Source: Auanema rhodensis
Taxonomy: Eukaryota; Animalia; Nematoda
Assembly (NCBI GenBank): GCA_964057225.1
Contig: OZ059898.1
Location: 9,486,001-9,550,000, forward strand
DNA: 64,000 nucleotides
Direction: 5' to 3'
Part shown: piece after piece, positions 44,517 to 57,600 of the stretch
How positions within the stretch are numbered: the first letter of the stretch is position 1
How the letters are laid out: each line of letters begins with the position of its first letter
Program-made: the position numbers and the translations under genes
Notes under the pieces: model-generated
Databases searched by the model: none
Told to the model about the DNA's origin: nothing
What the model saw: only the letters and a program-made list of their open reading frames with translations

Positions 44517-46041
44517 TTGAGAAAATAGATATACCGATTAAAATGAAATGTCGAATATGAAATTTAAAAATTATCGATTTTTGACTAAAATCGACTTAAG
44601 CAGTGTGATAATTCACGATTTTTGCTTAAAATCGACTTAAGCAATATGATAATTCACGATTTTTGACTAAAATCGACAGTTATGTACCTTTTTTTTAAAT
44701 TTGATTTGTCTAATTGTCTATTTTTATTTTCTATTTCCAAGCTTGATATGCGCAGCGTTTCGAAATCCAAAGTGTGGCACAATTTTTAGAGATTGAAAAA
44801 AAATGTGTCATGTAGTTTATGTGGTAAGATTTATACGTTTCATGGGGCAACCACAAACCTTTGGGACCATATCAAAAAATTACATCCCCAAGAATCGAAT
44901 GATCTCACCAAAAAAGATACTTGCTCCCTTGTGTCCTAACAATCTCAACCACTCATTACACAATCTTTGTGGCCCACTAAGTCCAAGTTAAAATCCGAAA
45001 AATTTTGGAAAAAGGAAAAGTTGGTAGACTTCTTTTTTTTATCATATATCTCGCTAAGAATTGTAGAAACTTCTAGTTTTCTTGAGTTTTTGAAAGACCT
45101 GAAAGATGAAAATGAAGAGGAGAGGGAAGAGGAGAGGGAAGAGGATAAAGATGAGCCAAGAGCTAAAAGAAGGAAAACTAGCGAGCACATCCTCACGTCC
45201 ACTCCAAGGACCTCAAGCGACACCGTTACCAGTCATAGCACTGCAAGTGCTTCTACCTCCTACGTGACCGAATTCAGTCAAAGCACCGCAAGTGCCTCAT
45301 CAGTAAGCCCCAGGGCGAAAAGGCTGATTAAGCCTCCCGCAAAAATGGTGAAGAGTAAGTTCTATCTTTCACTAGAAATTATTTTTGATTGTTAGGCGTA
45401 ACCCCAAAAGTGCGGGTAATAACGAGACCAAAAACCAAGCCCAAGATCAGTGAGTTTATTGACCATTTATATCTAACGTTGACATACAGCGCTCACTGAC
45501 TTTAAAAAGTTAGTCAAATCAATGTGTTACGACAACGGAATAGAAAAATGTTTTCTTATTCAGGCCAAGAAGTTCCTCATGGAGATATTAAAATGTCACG
45601 GACACCCTCTTGACGATTTTGACCCGAAGTCGTTAAAAATAACACCAGGTATCTTAATCATTCTCACAGCATAAACAAATATAACCAATTCAGAATTCTA
45701 GACCGTGTTGAGCAACAGCGCACAATTAAAAAAAACCTTGAACCAGGTTTTACCAGCAACTCAATTGTTTTATTTGGAGACGTCAAATACTGCTGTGCCA
45801 CCTTGGAGCCAATTGAAGCAAATGGGAGATTGCTTCTGAAATATGAGGTGATTCTAATTGTTAAACCTTTTTCAAAAATTTTATAAATAGTTTTAGAATA
45901 ATGCGAGGAAAGTTGAAGTGAAGCTGACCGAGCTGTTTTATAGATCTTCACCTGCAGCCCGCATTTAAATTTCCTAGTAGACGCAAATTGGGAAGGCTTA
46001 TTCGAGAAAAAGCTGATGCTATTCATCAGAAAATTTTGAAA
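44517..46041 (+). mobile_element. hAT transposon 5' half (subterminal repeats, BED finger, DNA-binding domain) with an internal insertion
   Basis: AAAATCGACTTAAGCA repeats; SKVW...CSLCGKIY...TTNLWDHIKKLHP (44766-44890); IVETSSFLEFLKDL | QPAFKFPSRRKL. Confidence 0.8.
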
Positions 46042-48530
46042 CACATGTTTACCATGTGCTTGCAGATGTGACATCCCCCCACATAAAAAGTTGAACGTCC
46101 TTGTTCAAAAACAAAATAAATTGATTCACTTTTTAAGATAGTTGGATGTTGGAAAAAAAATCATGGTGTAGTGGATAAAAAAAAATGTATACAATACGTT
46201 TTGAAAGTTTTAGCTATTGTCTCTTCAAATTTGTTGAATTCGAAATGTAGTATCGAGTAGATTCTATTCCATTCACTTGAGTAGTGAAATGCTTGCCAAC
46301 GAGAGCTTTGCTTCTAAACCATTCGACTGTGATATAGTCGTTCATTTTCTTGAGTTGTACAGGTACGGTGTTACCTTGAGAAAAAGTCGAGCCCGTTCTG
46401 TACAACAAAATGAAAACTCGTTTGACCCGTATGACTAATGTCCATAAAGTGAATACAAGTAATGATTAAACATAACAAATAGCCAGATTCACAAGAGAAT
46501 ATTGAAAAACTGCTGTAACTAAATAAGGCCCTTCGAATGAAGGTGTTAGTTTGTTTCGAGTAGAATTCACTTTCATCATAACTAAGTCATTAACCTGAAT
46601 TTCTTTATTTTGTGTTCTATTTCGTGTATTGTACCGTTGTTCATTCTTCTTTGTGCATGTTTCAATTCTATCTTTTACTATATTAGATGTGCTTTCATTT
46701 TGTATTAGTGATCTATTGACAAAATCTTCTGTACGATTGGCTGGTTCTTCAAATTGAAGATTATTTCCAGGCAATTGGTGGTCAATAGGAAGTCTTGCAT
46801 CCCGACCAAATGATACAACAAATGGACTAATAGATGTTGATGAGTTTGGTAACGTATTGATCGCAAACATATCTTTGGGTAGGTGTAAATCCCAGTTAGT
46901 TTATTGTTCATTCACGAATGAAGAGAGCGCTTCTTCTAAAGTTCTATGAAGTCTCTCAACTTGTATATATATACAGGGTGGGTGAGAAGTATGTGTCGCT
47001 CTTTAAATCTCAATATTTCAAAAACAAAACAATATTTTAGCATCAAAAGTTTTTATTATAAAGAGTTATTATTAACTTAGAAATTTTACAAATTGTGTTC
47101 AAAATGGGCTCCTTTTGCTTTAGTTACCGCTGCTATCCTCTTTTTGAAATTGTTCACTGTTGACCACAGGTAATCCTCATCTATTTCGTCCCATGCTTTG
47201 ATCAAAGCTAGCTTCAGCGAATCCAAACTAGTGAAATGTTGCTTCTCTATTTTAGATTGAAGTAGTCCCCATACTGAATAGTCCATTGGGTTGAGGTCAG
47301 GTGAACAGGAAGGCCATACATCTTTGCCCCAGAACCCTGGAAAATGGGTTTTACAGTAGTCCATCGTCGTTTTGGCACTATGAGCTGGTGCCCAATCCTG
47401 TTGAAGAATCATTTCTTGATTTTCGAAGTTGCTCCTCATCCATGGTCCTAAAACGTCCTCCAATATGGTTTTTTGATACACGGCCGCATTGATTTTGACG
47501 TTCCTTTCAATGAAAACAAGCGGTGTCTTCAATTTTGCTGTGATTCCTCCCCAAACCATCAAAGATTTGAAGAAGAGAGATCTCTCAGCAATGATTCTGT
47601 TCTGATTTTTTCTTCCATCTATTTTCATCAGTTGTCGATAGTTCTGTCTGTCCTCTACCTTCAATGTCAATATGAACAAACGGAAACATGTGTCCATTAT
47701 TCTTTGTTGTTGTGTGACATACAAAAGGTATGGCTAAACGAATGTAAGTTATGATGGTGGGAAAATAGCTCCGCATCAATTCATCACTAAATCTTTCATG
47801 AATCTCTTTTTCCTCAAGTGGCGGAGCAGTTGGGCTCAACATGATATGGTTTATTTTTAACATAGAAGTAGGGGAGAGATAACATTTTATAGTGAAATAT
47901 AATGCTATCATTAGACATAATATCAGAGTTATACAACCGATGGTAATGAGTGTTTGTTTAATTGAACCTACACAAAAGTCAATGAACAAATCCAAATTTC
48001 GGAAAACAATTTTCCTGGCATCTCTTGTAAGTTCACTTCCTTTGAAGATGAAAAAGGAAATTTGAGGCCAATTGTGTGAACGAGAAATTACGCGGAGAAG
48101 ATCATGATGAGGTGAAGTAGATAAACTATAACCATAAGTTAATCCAATAGATAAGGCTTAGGATTTTTCAGTCGAATTTTCAAACAAATTTCGCCCTGTG
48201 AATCGAAGTTTACTCAATTCAGCATAATGATCATGTTTATCTGAATGTATACTATCTACTTTATGTGAGTCACCTTTATAATCTCTCCATGTTCCACTTT
48301 AATACCAAATCTCTGTCTCTTTGTGTTCACAATTGAAATGTGGTTCTATTTCCTGACAAGTTGTTATTTTTAAAACAATTCTTCCAACAAATTGGGCAAC
48401 GATATCATCCCGTTGAAGCATAGCTCTTACTCCTATTGTAAGCTGTATACGTACATAGCCTGCCAGCTTTTTACTGTTTCCATTTGAGATTTACAGATGG
48501 TATGAAATTTTTGATGAAATTCGTCAATTA
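46042..48530 (-). mobile_element. Second, deleted copy of Gypsy family A (env-like region, integrase end, 3' UTR, 32 bp of LTR)
   Basis: Inverted homology to 1-998 (47650-48522) and to ~3833-5056 with deletions (46042-46964). Confidence 0.92.
46974..47649 (-). mobile_element. maT-type (DD37D) Tc1/mariner transposon, 5'-truncated
   Basis: LMVWGG, QQDWAPAH-(37 aa spacing)-SPDLNPMD. Terminus CAGGGTG follows a (TA)n run. Confidence 0.88.
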
Positions 48531-48640
48531 TGGAGAGACGCGCTTTCTCAAAACCATAATTCAACTTATTATCTATTATCGTTTTAGTTTTTTGTGGAGA
48601 ATATTGTCATATACTTCTGCTACACACAACTCTCAACCTC

Positions 48641-51600
48641 TCTGGTAACAGTTTTTATTAAAAGTTTCTATGATTATGAATAAACAAATGAAAAAGAATC
48701 AAAAAGAAACACTTCTTGTTTTCTTATTTGATTATAATACTTGAAATTCCAAAACCACTAGAATAAAATGAAGAAAGCGACAATAATTTTTGAATGATTT
48801 GAAGAGAATTGTAAGTTTTAGAAAAGATTTGATGTTTTGCTTTCTCTACTTTTAACTGATTGTCGGCTAAATTATGGTAACAGTTTTTATTAAAAGTTTC
48901 CATGATTATGATTAAACAAAGAAAAAAGAATCAAAAGAGTCACTTCTTGTTTATTTATTTGATTATAATACTTGAAATTCCAAAAACAGTAGAATAAAAT
49001 CAAGAAAGCGACAAAAACAGTTGAACGATTAAAAGACGATTGTAAGTTTTAGAAAATAATAAAAGTTTAGCTCTCTCTACTATTAACTGATTGTCGGCTA
49101 AATTATGGTAACAGTTTTTATTAAAAGTTTCCATGATTATGATTAAACAAAGAAAAAAGAATCAAAGAGAAACACTTCTTGTTTATTCATTTGATTATAA
49201 TACTTGAAATTCCAAAAACAGTAGAATAAAATCGAGAAAGCGACATAAATAGTTGAACGATTACAACACGATTGTAAGTTTAAGAAAATAATTAAAGTTT
49301 AGCTCTCTCTACTATTAACTGATTGTCGGCTAAATTATGGTAACAGTTTTTATTAAAAGTTTCCATGATTATGATTAAACAAAGAAAAAAGAATCAAAGA
49401 GAAACACTTCTTGTTTATTTATTCGATTATAATACTTGAAATTCCAAAAACAGTAGAATAAAATTGAGAAAGCGACATAAACAGTTGAACGATTAGAAGA
49501 CGATTGTAAGTTTTAGAAAATAATTAAAGTTTAGCTCTCTCTACTATTAACTGATTGTCGGCTAAATTATGGTAACAGTTTTTATTAAAAGTTTCCATGA
49601 TTATGATTAAACGAAGAAAAAAGAATCAAAAGAGTCACTTCTTGTTTATTTATTTGATTATTATACTTGAAACTCCAAAAACAGTAGAATAAAATCAAGA
49701 AAGCGACAAAAACAGTTGAACGATTAGAAGACGATTGTAAGTTTTAGAAAATAATAAAAGTTCAGCTCTCTCTACTATTAACTGATTGTCGGCTAAATTA
49801 TGGTAACAGTTTTTATTAAAAGTTTCCATGATTATGATTAAACAAAGAAAAAAGAATCAAAGAGAAACACTTCTTGTTTATTTATTTGATTATAATACTT
49901 GAATTTCCGAAAACAGTAGAATGAAATTGAGAAAGCGACATAAACAGTTGAACGATTACAACACGATTGTAAGTTTTAGAAAATAATTAAAGTTTAGCTC
50001 TCTCTACTATTAACTGATTGTCGGCTAAATTATGGTAACAGTTTTTATTAAAAGTTCCCATGATTATGATTAAACAAAGAAAAAAGAATCAAAGAGAAAC
50101 ACTTCTTGTTTATTTATTCGATTATAATACTTGAAATTCCAAAAACAGTAGAATAAAATTGAGAAAGCGACATAAACAGTTGAACGATTAGAAGACGATT
50201 GTAAGTTTTAGAAAATAATTAAAGTTTAGCTCTCTCTACTATTAACTGATTGTCGGCTAAATTATGGTAACAGTTTTTATTAAAAGTTTCCATGATTATG
50301 ATTAAACAAAGAGAAAAGAATCAAAGAGAAACACTTCTTGTTTATTTATTTGATTATAATACTTGAAATTCCAAAAACAGTAGAATAAAATTGAGAAAGC
50401 GACATAAACAGTTGAACGATTAGAAGACGATTGTGAGTTTTAGAAAATAATTAAAGTTTAGCTCTCTCTACTATTAACTAATTGTCGGCTAAATTATGGT
50501 AACAGTTTTTATTAAAAGTTTCCATGATTATGATTAAACAAAGAAAAAAGAATCAAAGAGAAACACTTCTTGTTTATTTATTTGATTATAATACTTGAAA
50601 TTCCAAAAACAGTAGAATAAAATTGAGAAAGCGACATAAACAGTTGAACGATTAGAAGACGATTGTGAGTTTTAGAAAATAATTAAAGTTTAGCTCTCTC
50701 TACTATTAACTAATTGTCGGCTAAATTATGGTAACAGTTTTTATTAAAAGTTTCCATGATTATGATTAAACAAAGAAAAAAGAATCGAAGAGAAACACTT
50801 CTTGTTTATTTATTTGATTATAATACTTGAAATTCCAAAAACAGTAGAATAAAATCGAGAAAGCGACATAAATAGTTGAACGATTACAACACGATTGTAA
50901 GTTTAAGAAAATAATTAAAGTTTAGCTCTCTCTACTATTAACTGATTGTCGGCTAAATTATGGTAACAGTTTTTATTAAAAGTTTCCATGATTATGATTA
51001 AACAAAGAGAAAAGAATCAAAGAGAAACACTTCTTGTTTATTTATTTGATTATAATACTTGAAATTCCAAAAACAGTAGAATAAAATTGAGAAAGCGACA
51101 TAAACAGTTGAACGATTAGAAGACGATTGTGAGTTTTAGAAAATAATTAAAGTTTAGCTCTCTCTACTATTAACTAATTGTCGGCTAAATTATGGTAACA
51201 GTTTTTATTAAAAGTTTCCATGATTATGATTAAACAAAGAAAAAAGAATCAAAGAGAAACACTTCTTGTTTATTTATTTGTTTATAATACTTGAAATTCC
51301 AAAAACAGTAGAATAAAATTGAGAAAGCGACATAAACAGTTGAACGATTAGAAGACGATTGTGAGTTTTAGAAAATAATTAAAGTTTAGCTCTCTCTACT
51401 ATTAACTAATTGTCGGCTAAATTATGGTAACAGTTTTTATTAAAAGTTTCCATGATTATGATTAAACAAAGAGAAAAGAATCAAAGAGAAACACTTCTTG
51501 TTTATTTATTTGATTATAATACTTGAAATTCCAAAAACAGTAGAATAAAATTGAGAAAGCGACATAAACAGTTGAACGATTAGAAGACGATTGTGAGTTT

Positions 51601-54600
51601 TAGAAAATAATTAAAGTTTAGCTCTCTCTACTATTAACTAATTGTCGGCTAAATTATGGTAACAGTTTTTATTAAAAGTTTCCATGATTATGATTAAACA
51701 AAGAAAAAAGAATCAAAGAGAAACACTTCTTGTTTATTTATTTGATTATAATACTTGAAATTCCAAAAACAGTAGAATAAAATTGAGAAAGCGACATAAA
51801 CAGTTGAACGATTAGAAGACGATTGTGAGTTTTAGAAAATAATTAAAGTTTAGCTCTCTCTACTATTAACTAATTGTCGGCTAAATTATGGTAACAGTTT
51901 TTATTAAAAGTTTCCATGATTATGATTAAACAAAGAAAAAAGAATCAAAGAGAAACACTTCTTGTTTATTTATTTGATTATAATACTTGAAATTCCAAAA
52001 ACAGTAGAATAAAATCGAGAAAGCGACATAAATAGTTGAACGATTACAACACGATTGTAAGTTTAAGAAAATAATTAAAGTTTAGCTCTCTCTACTATTA
52101 ACTGATTGTCGGCTAAATTATGGTAACAGTTTTTATTAAAAGTTTCCATGATTATGATTAAACAAAGAGAAAAGAATCAAAGAGAAACACTTCTTGTTTA
52201 TTTATTTGATTATAATACTTGAAATTTCAAAAACAGTAGAATAAAATTGAGAAAGCGACATAAACAGTTGAACGATTAGAAGACGATTGTGAGTTTTAGA
52301 AAATAATTAAAGTTTAGCTCTCTCTACTATTAACTAATTGTCGGCTAAATTATGGTAACAGTTTTTATTAAAAGTTTCCATGATTATGATTAAACAAAGA
52401 AAAAAGAATCAAAGAGAAACACTTCTTGTTTATTTATTTGATTATAATACTTGAAATTCCAAAAACAGTAGAATAAAATCAAGAAAGCGACAAAAACAGT
52501 TGAACGATTTGAAGACGATTGTAAGTTTTAGAAAAGAAATAAAGTTTAGCTCTCTCTACTATTAACTGATTGTCGGCTAAATTATGGTAACAGTTTTTAT
52601 TAAAAGTTTCCATGATTATGATTAAACAAAGAAAAAAGAATCAAAGAGAAACACTTCTTGTTTATTTATTTGATTATAATACTTGAAATTCCAAAAACAG
52701 TAGAATAAAATCGAGAAAGCGACATAAACAGTTGAACGATTACAACACGATTGTAAGTTTTAGAAAATAATTAAAGTTTAGCTCTCTCTACTATTAACTG
52801 ATTGTCGGCTAAATTATGGTAACAGTTTTTATTAAAAGTTCCCATGATTATGATTAAACAAAGAAAAAAGAATCAAAGAGAAACACTTCTTGTTTATTTA
52901 TTCGATTATAATACTTGAAATTCCAAAAACAGTAGAATAAAATTGAGAAAGCGACATAAACAGTTGAACGATTAGAAGACGATTGTAAGTTTTAGAAAAT
53001 AATTAAAGTTTAGCTCTCTCTACTATTAACTGATTGTCGGCTAAATTATGGTAACAGTTTTTATTAAAAGTTTCCATGATTATGATTAAACAAAGAGAAA
53101 AGAATCAAAGAGAAACACTTCTTGTTTACTTATTTGATTATAATACTTGAAATTCCGAAAACAGTAGAATAAAAGCAAGAAAGCGACAAAAACAGTTGAA
53201 CGATTAGAAGACGATTGTAAGTTTTAGAAAATAATAAAAGTTTAGCTCTCTCTACTATTAACTGATTGTCGGCTAAATTATGGTAACAGTTTTTATTAAA
53301 AGTTTCCATGATTATGATTAAACAAAGAGAAAAGAATCAAAGAGAAACACTTCTTGTTTACTTATTTGATTATAATACTTGAAATTCCGAAAACAGTAGA
53401 ATAAAATCAAGAAAGCGACAAAAACAGTTGACGATTAGAAGACGACTGTAAGTTTTAGAAAATAATTAAAGTTTAGCTCTCTCTACTATTAACTGATTGT
53501 CGGCTAAATTATGGTAACAGTTTTTATTAAAAGTTTCCATGATTATGATTAAACAAAGAAAAAAGAATCAAAGAGAAACACTTCTTGTTTATTTATTTGA
53601 TTATAATACTTGAAATTCCAAAAACAGTAGAATAAAATTGAGAAAGCGACATAAACAGTTGAACGATTAGAAGACGATTGTAAGTTTTAGAAAATAATAA
53701 AAGTTTAGCTCTCTCTACTATTAACTGATTATCGGCTAAATTATGGTAACAGTTTTTATTAAAAGTTTCCATGATTATGATTAAACAAAGAGAAAAGAAT
53801 CAAAGAGAAACACTTCTTGTTTACTTATTTGATTATAATACTTGAAATTCCGAAAACAGTAGAATAAAATTGAGAAAGCGACAAAAACAGTTGAACGATT
53901 AGAAGACGATTGTAAGTTTTAGAAAATAATAAAAGTTTAGCTCTCTCTACTATTAACTGATTGTCGGCTAAATTATGGTAACAGTTTTTATTAAAAATTT
54001 CCATGATTATGATTAAACAAAGAAAAAAGAATCAAAGAGAAACACTTCTTGTTTATTTATTTGATTATAATACTTGAAATTCCGAAAACAGTAGAATAAA
54101 ATTGAGAAAGCGACAAAAACAGTTGAACGATTAGAAGACGATTGTAAGTTTTAGAAAATAATAAAAGTTTAGCTCTCTCTACTATTAACTGATTGTCGGC
54201 TAAATTATGGTAACAGTTTTTATTAAAAGTTTCCATGATTATGATTAAACAAAGAGAAAAGAATCAAAGAGAAACACTTCTTGTTTACTTATTTGATTAT
54301 AATACTTGAAATTCCGAAAACAGTAGAATAAAATCAAGAAAGCGACAAAAACAGTTGAACGATTAGAAGACGATTGTAAGTTTTAGAAAATAATAAAAGT
54401 TTAGCTCTCTCTACTATTAACTGATTGTCGGCTAAATTATGGTAACAGTTTTTATTAAAAGTTTCCATGATTATGATTAAACAAAGAGAAAAGAATCAAA
54501 GAGAAACACTTCTTGTTTACTTATTTGATTATAATACTTGAAATTCCGAAAACAGTAGAATAAAATCAAGAAAGCGACAAAAACAGTTGAACGATTAGAA

Positions 54601-57600
54601 GACGATTGTAAGTTTTAGAAAATAATAAAAGTTTAGCTCTCTCTACTATTAACTGATTGTCGGCTAAATTATGGTAACAGTTTTTATTAAAAGTTTCCAT
54701 GATTATGATTAAACAAAGAGAAAAGAATCAAAGAGAAACACTTCTTGTTTACTTATTTGATTATAATACTTGAAATTCCGAAAACAGTAGAATAAAATCA
54801 AGAAAGCGACAAAAACAGTTGACGATTAGAAGACGATTGTAAGTTTTAGAAAATAATTAAAGTTTAGCTCTCTCTACTATTAACTGATTGTCGGCTAAAT
54901 TATGGTAACAGTTTTTATTAAAAGTTTCCATGATTATGATTAAACAAAGAAAAAAGAATCAAAGAGAAACACTTCTTGTTTATTTATTTGATTATAATAC
55001 TTGAAATTCCAAAAACAGTAGAATAAAATTGAGAAAGCGACATAAACAGTTGAACGATTAGAAGACGATTGTAAGTTTTAGAAAATAATTAAAGTTTAGC
55101 TTTCTCTACTATTAACTGATTGTCGGCTAAATTATGGTAACAGTTTTTATTAAAAGTTTCCATGATTATGATTAAACAAAGAGAAAAGAATCAAAGAGAA
55201 ACACTTCTTGTTTACTTATTTGATTATAATACTTGAAATTCCGAAAACAGTAGAATAAAATTGAGAAAGCGACAAAAACAGTTGAACGATTAGAAGACGA
55301 TTGTAAGTTTTAGAAAATAATAAAAGTTTAGCTCTCTCTACTATTAACTGATTGTCGGCTAAATTATGGTAACAGTTTTTATTAAAAGTTTCCATGATTA
55401 TGATTAAACAAAAAAAGAAGAATCAAAAGAGTCTCTTCTTGTTTATTTATTTGATTATAATACTTGAAATTCCGAAAACAGTAGAATAAAATCGAGAAAG
55501 CGACATAAACAGTTGAACGATTACAACACGATTGTAAGTTTTAGAAAATAATTAAAGTTTAGCTCTCTCTACTATTAACTGATTGTCGGCTAAATTATGG
55601 TAACAGTTTTTATTAAAAGTTTCCATGATTATGATTAAACAAAGAGAAAAGAATCAAAGAGAAACACTTCTTGTTTACTTATTTGATTATAATACTTGAA
55701 ATTCCGAAAACAGTAGAATAAAATCAAGAAAGCGACAAAAACAGTTGAACGATTAGAAGACGATTGTAAGTTTTAGAAAATAATAAAAGTTTAGCTCTCT
55801 CTACTATTAACTGATTGTCGGCTAAATTATGGTAACAGTTTTTATTAAAAGTTTCCATGATTATGATTAAACAAAAAAAGAAGAATCAAAAGAGTCTCTT
55901 CTTGTTTATTTATTTGATTATAATACTTGAAATTCCGAAAACAGTAGAATAAAATCAAGAAAGCGACAAAAACAGTTGAATGATTAGAAGACGATTGTAA
56001 GTTTTAGAAAATAATAAAAGTTTAGCTCTCTCTACTATTAACTGATTGTCGGCTAAATTATGGTAACAGTTTTTATTAAAAGTTTCCATGATTATGATTT
56101 AACAAAGAAAAAAGAATCAAAAGAGTCTCTTCTTGTTTATTTATTTGATTATAATACTTGAAATTCCGAAAACAGTAGAATAAAATTGAGAAAGCGACAA
56201 AAACAGTTGAACGATTAGAAGACAATTGTAAGTTTTGGAAAAGAATTAAAGTTTAGCTCTCTCTACTATTAACTGATTGTCGGCTAAATTATGGTAACAG
56301 TTTTTATTAAAAGTTTCCATGATTATGATTAAACAAAGAAAAAAGAATAAAAAGAGTCACTTCTTGTTTATTTATTTGATTATAATACTTGAAATTCCGA
56401 AAACAGTAGAATAAAATTGAGAAAGCGACAAAAACAGTTGAACGATTAGAAGACAATTGTAAGTTTCGGAAAAGAATTAAAGTTTGGCTCTCTCTACTAT
56501 TAACTGATTGTCGGCTAAATTATGGTAACAGTTTTTATTAAAAGTTTCCATGGTTATGATTAAACAAAGAAAAAAGAATCAAAGAGAAACACTTCTTGTT
56601 TATTTATTTGATTATAATACTTGAAATTCCAAAAACAGTAGAATAAAATTGAGAAAGCGACATAAACAGTTGAACGATTAGAAGACGATTGTAAGTTTTA
56701 GAAAAGAAATAAAGTTTAGCTCTCTCGGTTATTATCTGATTGTCGGCTAAAGTATGGTAACAGTTTTTATTAAAAGTTTCCATGATTATGATTAAACAAA
56801 GAAAAAAGAATCAAAGAGAAACACTTCTTGTTTATTTATTTGATTATAATACTTGAAATTCCAAAAACAGTAGAATAAAATCGAGAAAGCGACATAAACA
56901 GTTGAACGATTACAACACGATTGTAAGTTTTAGAAAATAATTAAAGTTTAGCTCTCTCTACTATTAACTGATTGTCGGCTAAATTATGGTAACAGTTTTT
57001 ATTAAAAGTTCCCATGATTATGATTAAACAAAGAAAAAAGAATCAAAGAGAAACACTTCTTGTTTATTTATTCGATTATAATACTTGAAATTCCAAAAAC
57101 AGTAGAATAAAATTGAGAAAGCGACATAAACAGTTGAACGATTAGAAGACGATTGTAAGTTTTGGAAAAGAATTAAAGTTTAGCTCTCTCTACTATTAAC
57201 TGATTGTCGGCTAAATTATGGTAACAGTTTTTATTAAAAGTTTCCATGATTATGATTAAACAAAGAGAAAAGAATCAAAGAGAAACACTTCTTGTTTACT
57301 TATTTGATTACAATACTTGAAATTCCGAAAACAGTAGAATAAAATTGAGAAAGCGACAAAAACAGTTGAACGATTAGAAGACAATTGTAAGTTTTGGAAA
57401 AGAATTAAAGTTTAGCTCTCTCTACTATTAACTGATTGTCGGCTAAATTATGGTAACAGTTTTTATTAAAAGTTTCCATGATTATGATTAAACAAAGAAA
57501 AAAGAATAAAAAGAGTCACTTCTTGTTTATTTATTTGATTATAATACTTGAAATTCCGAAAACAGTAGAATAAAATTGAGAAAGCGACAAAAACAGTTGA

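Noticed and set aside
1164-47754. Numerous short antisense or overlapping ORFs in the track (e.g. 17238-17552, 25337-25654, 35011-35337)
   Set aside because: Shadow frames of real TE genes or AT-rich non-coding DNA with no motifs.
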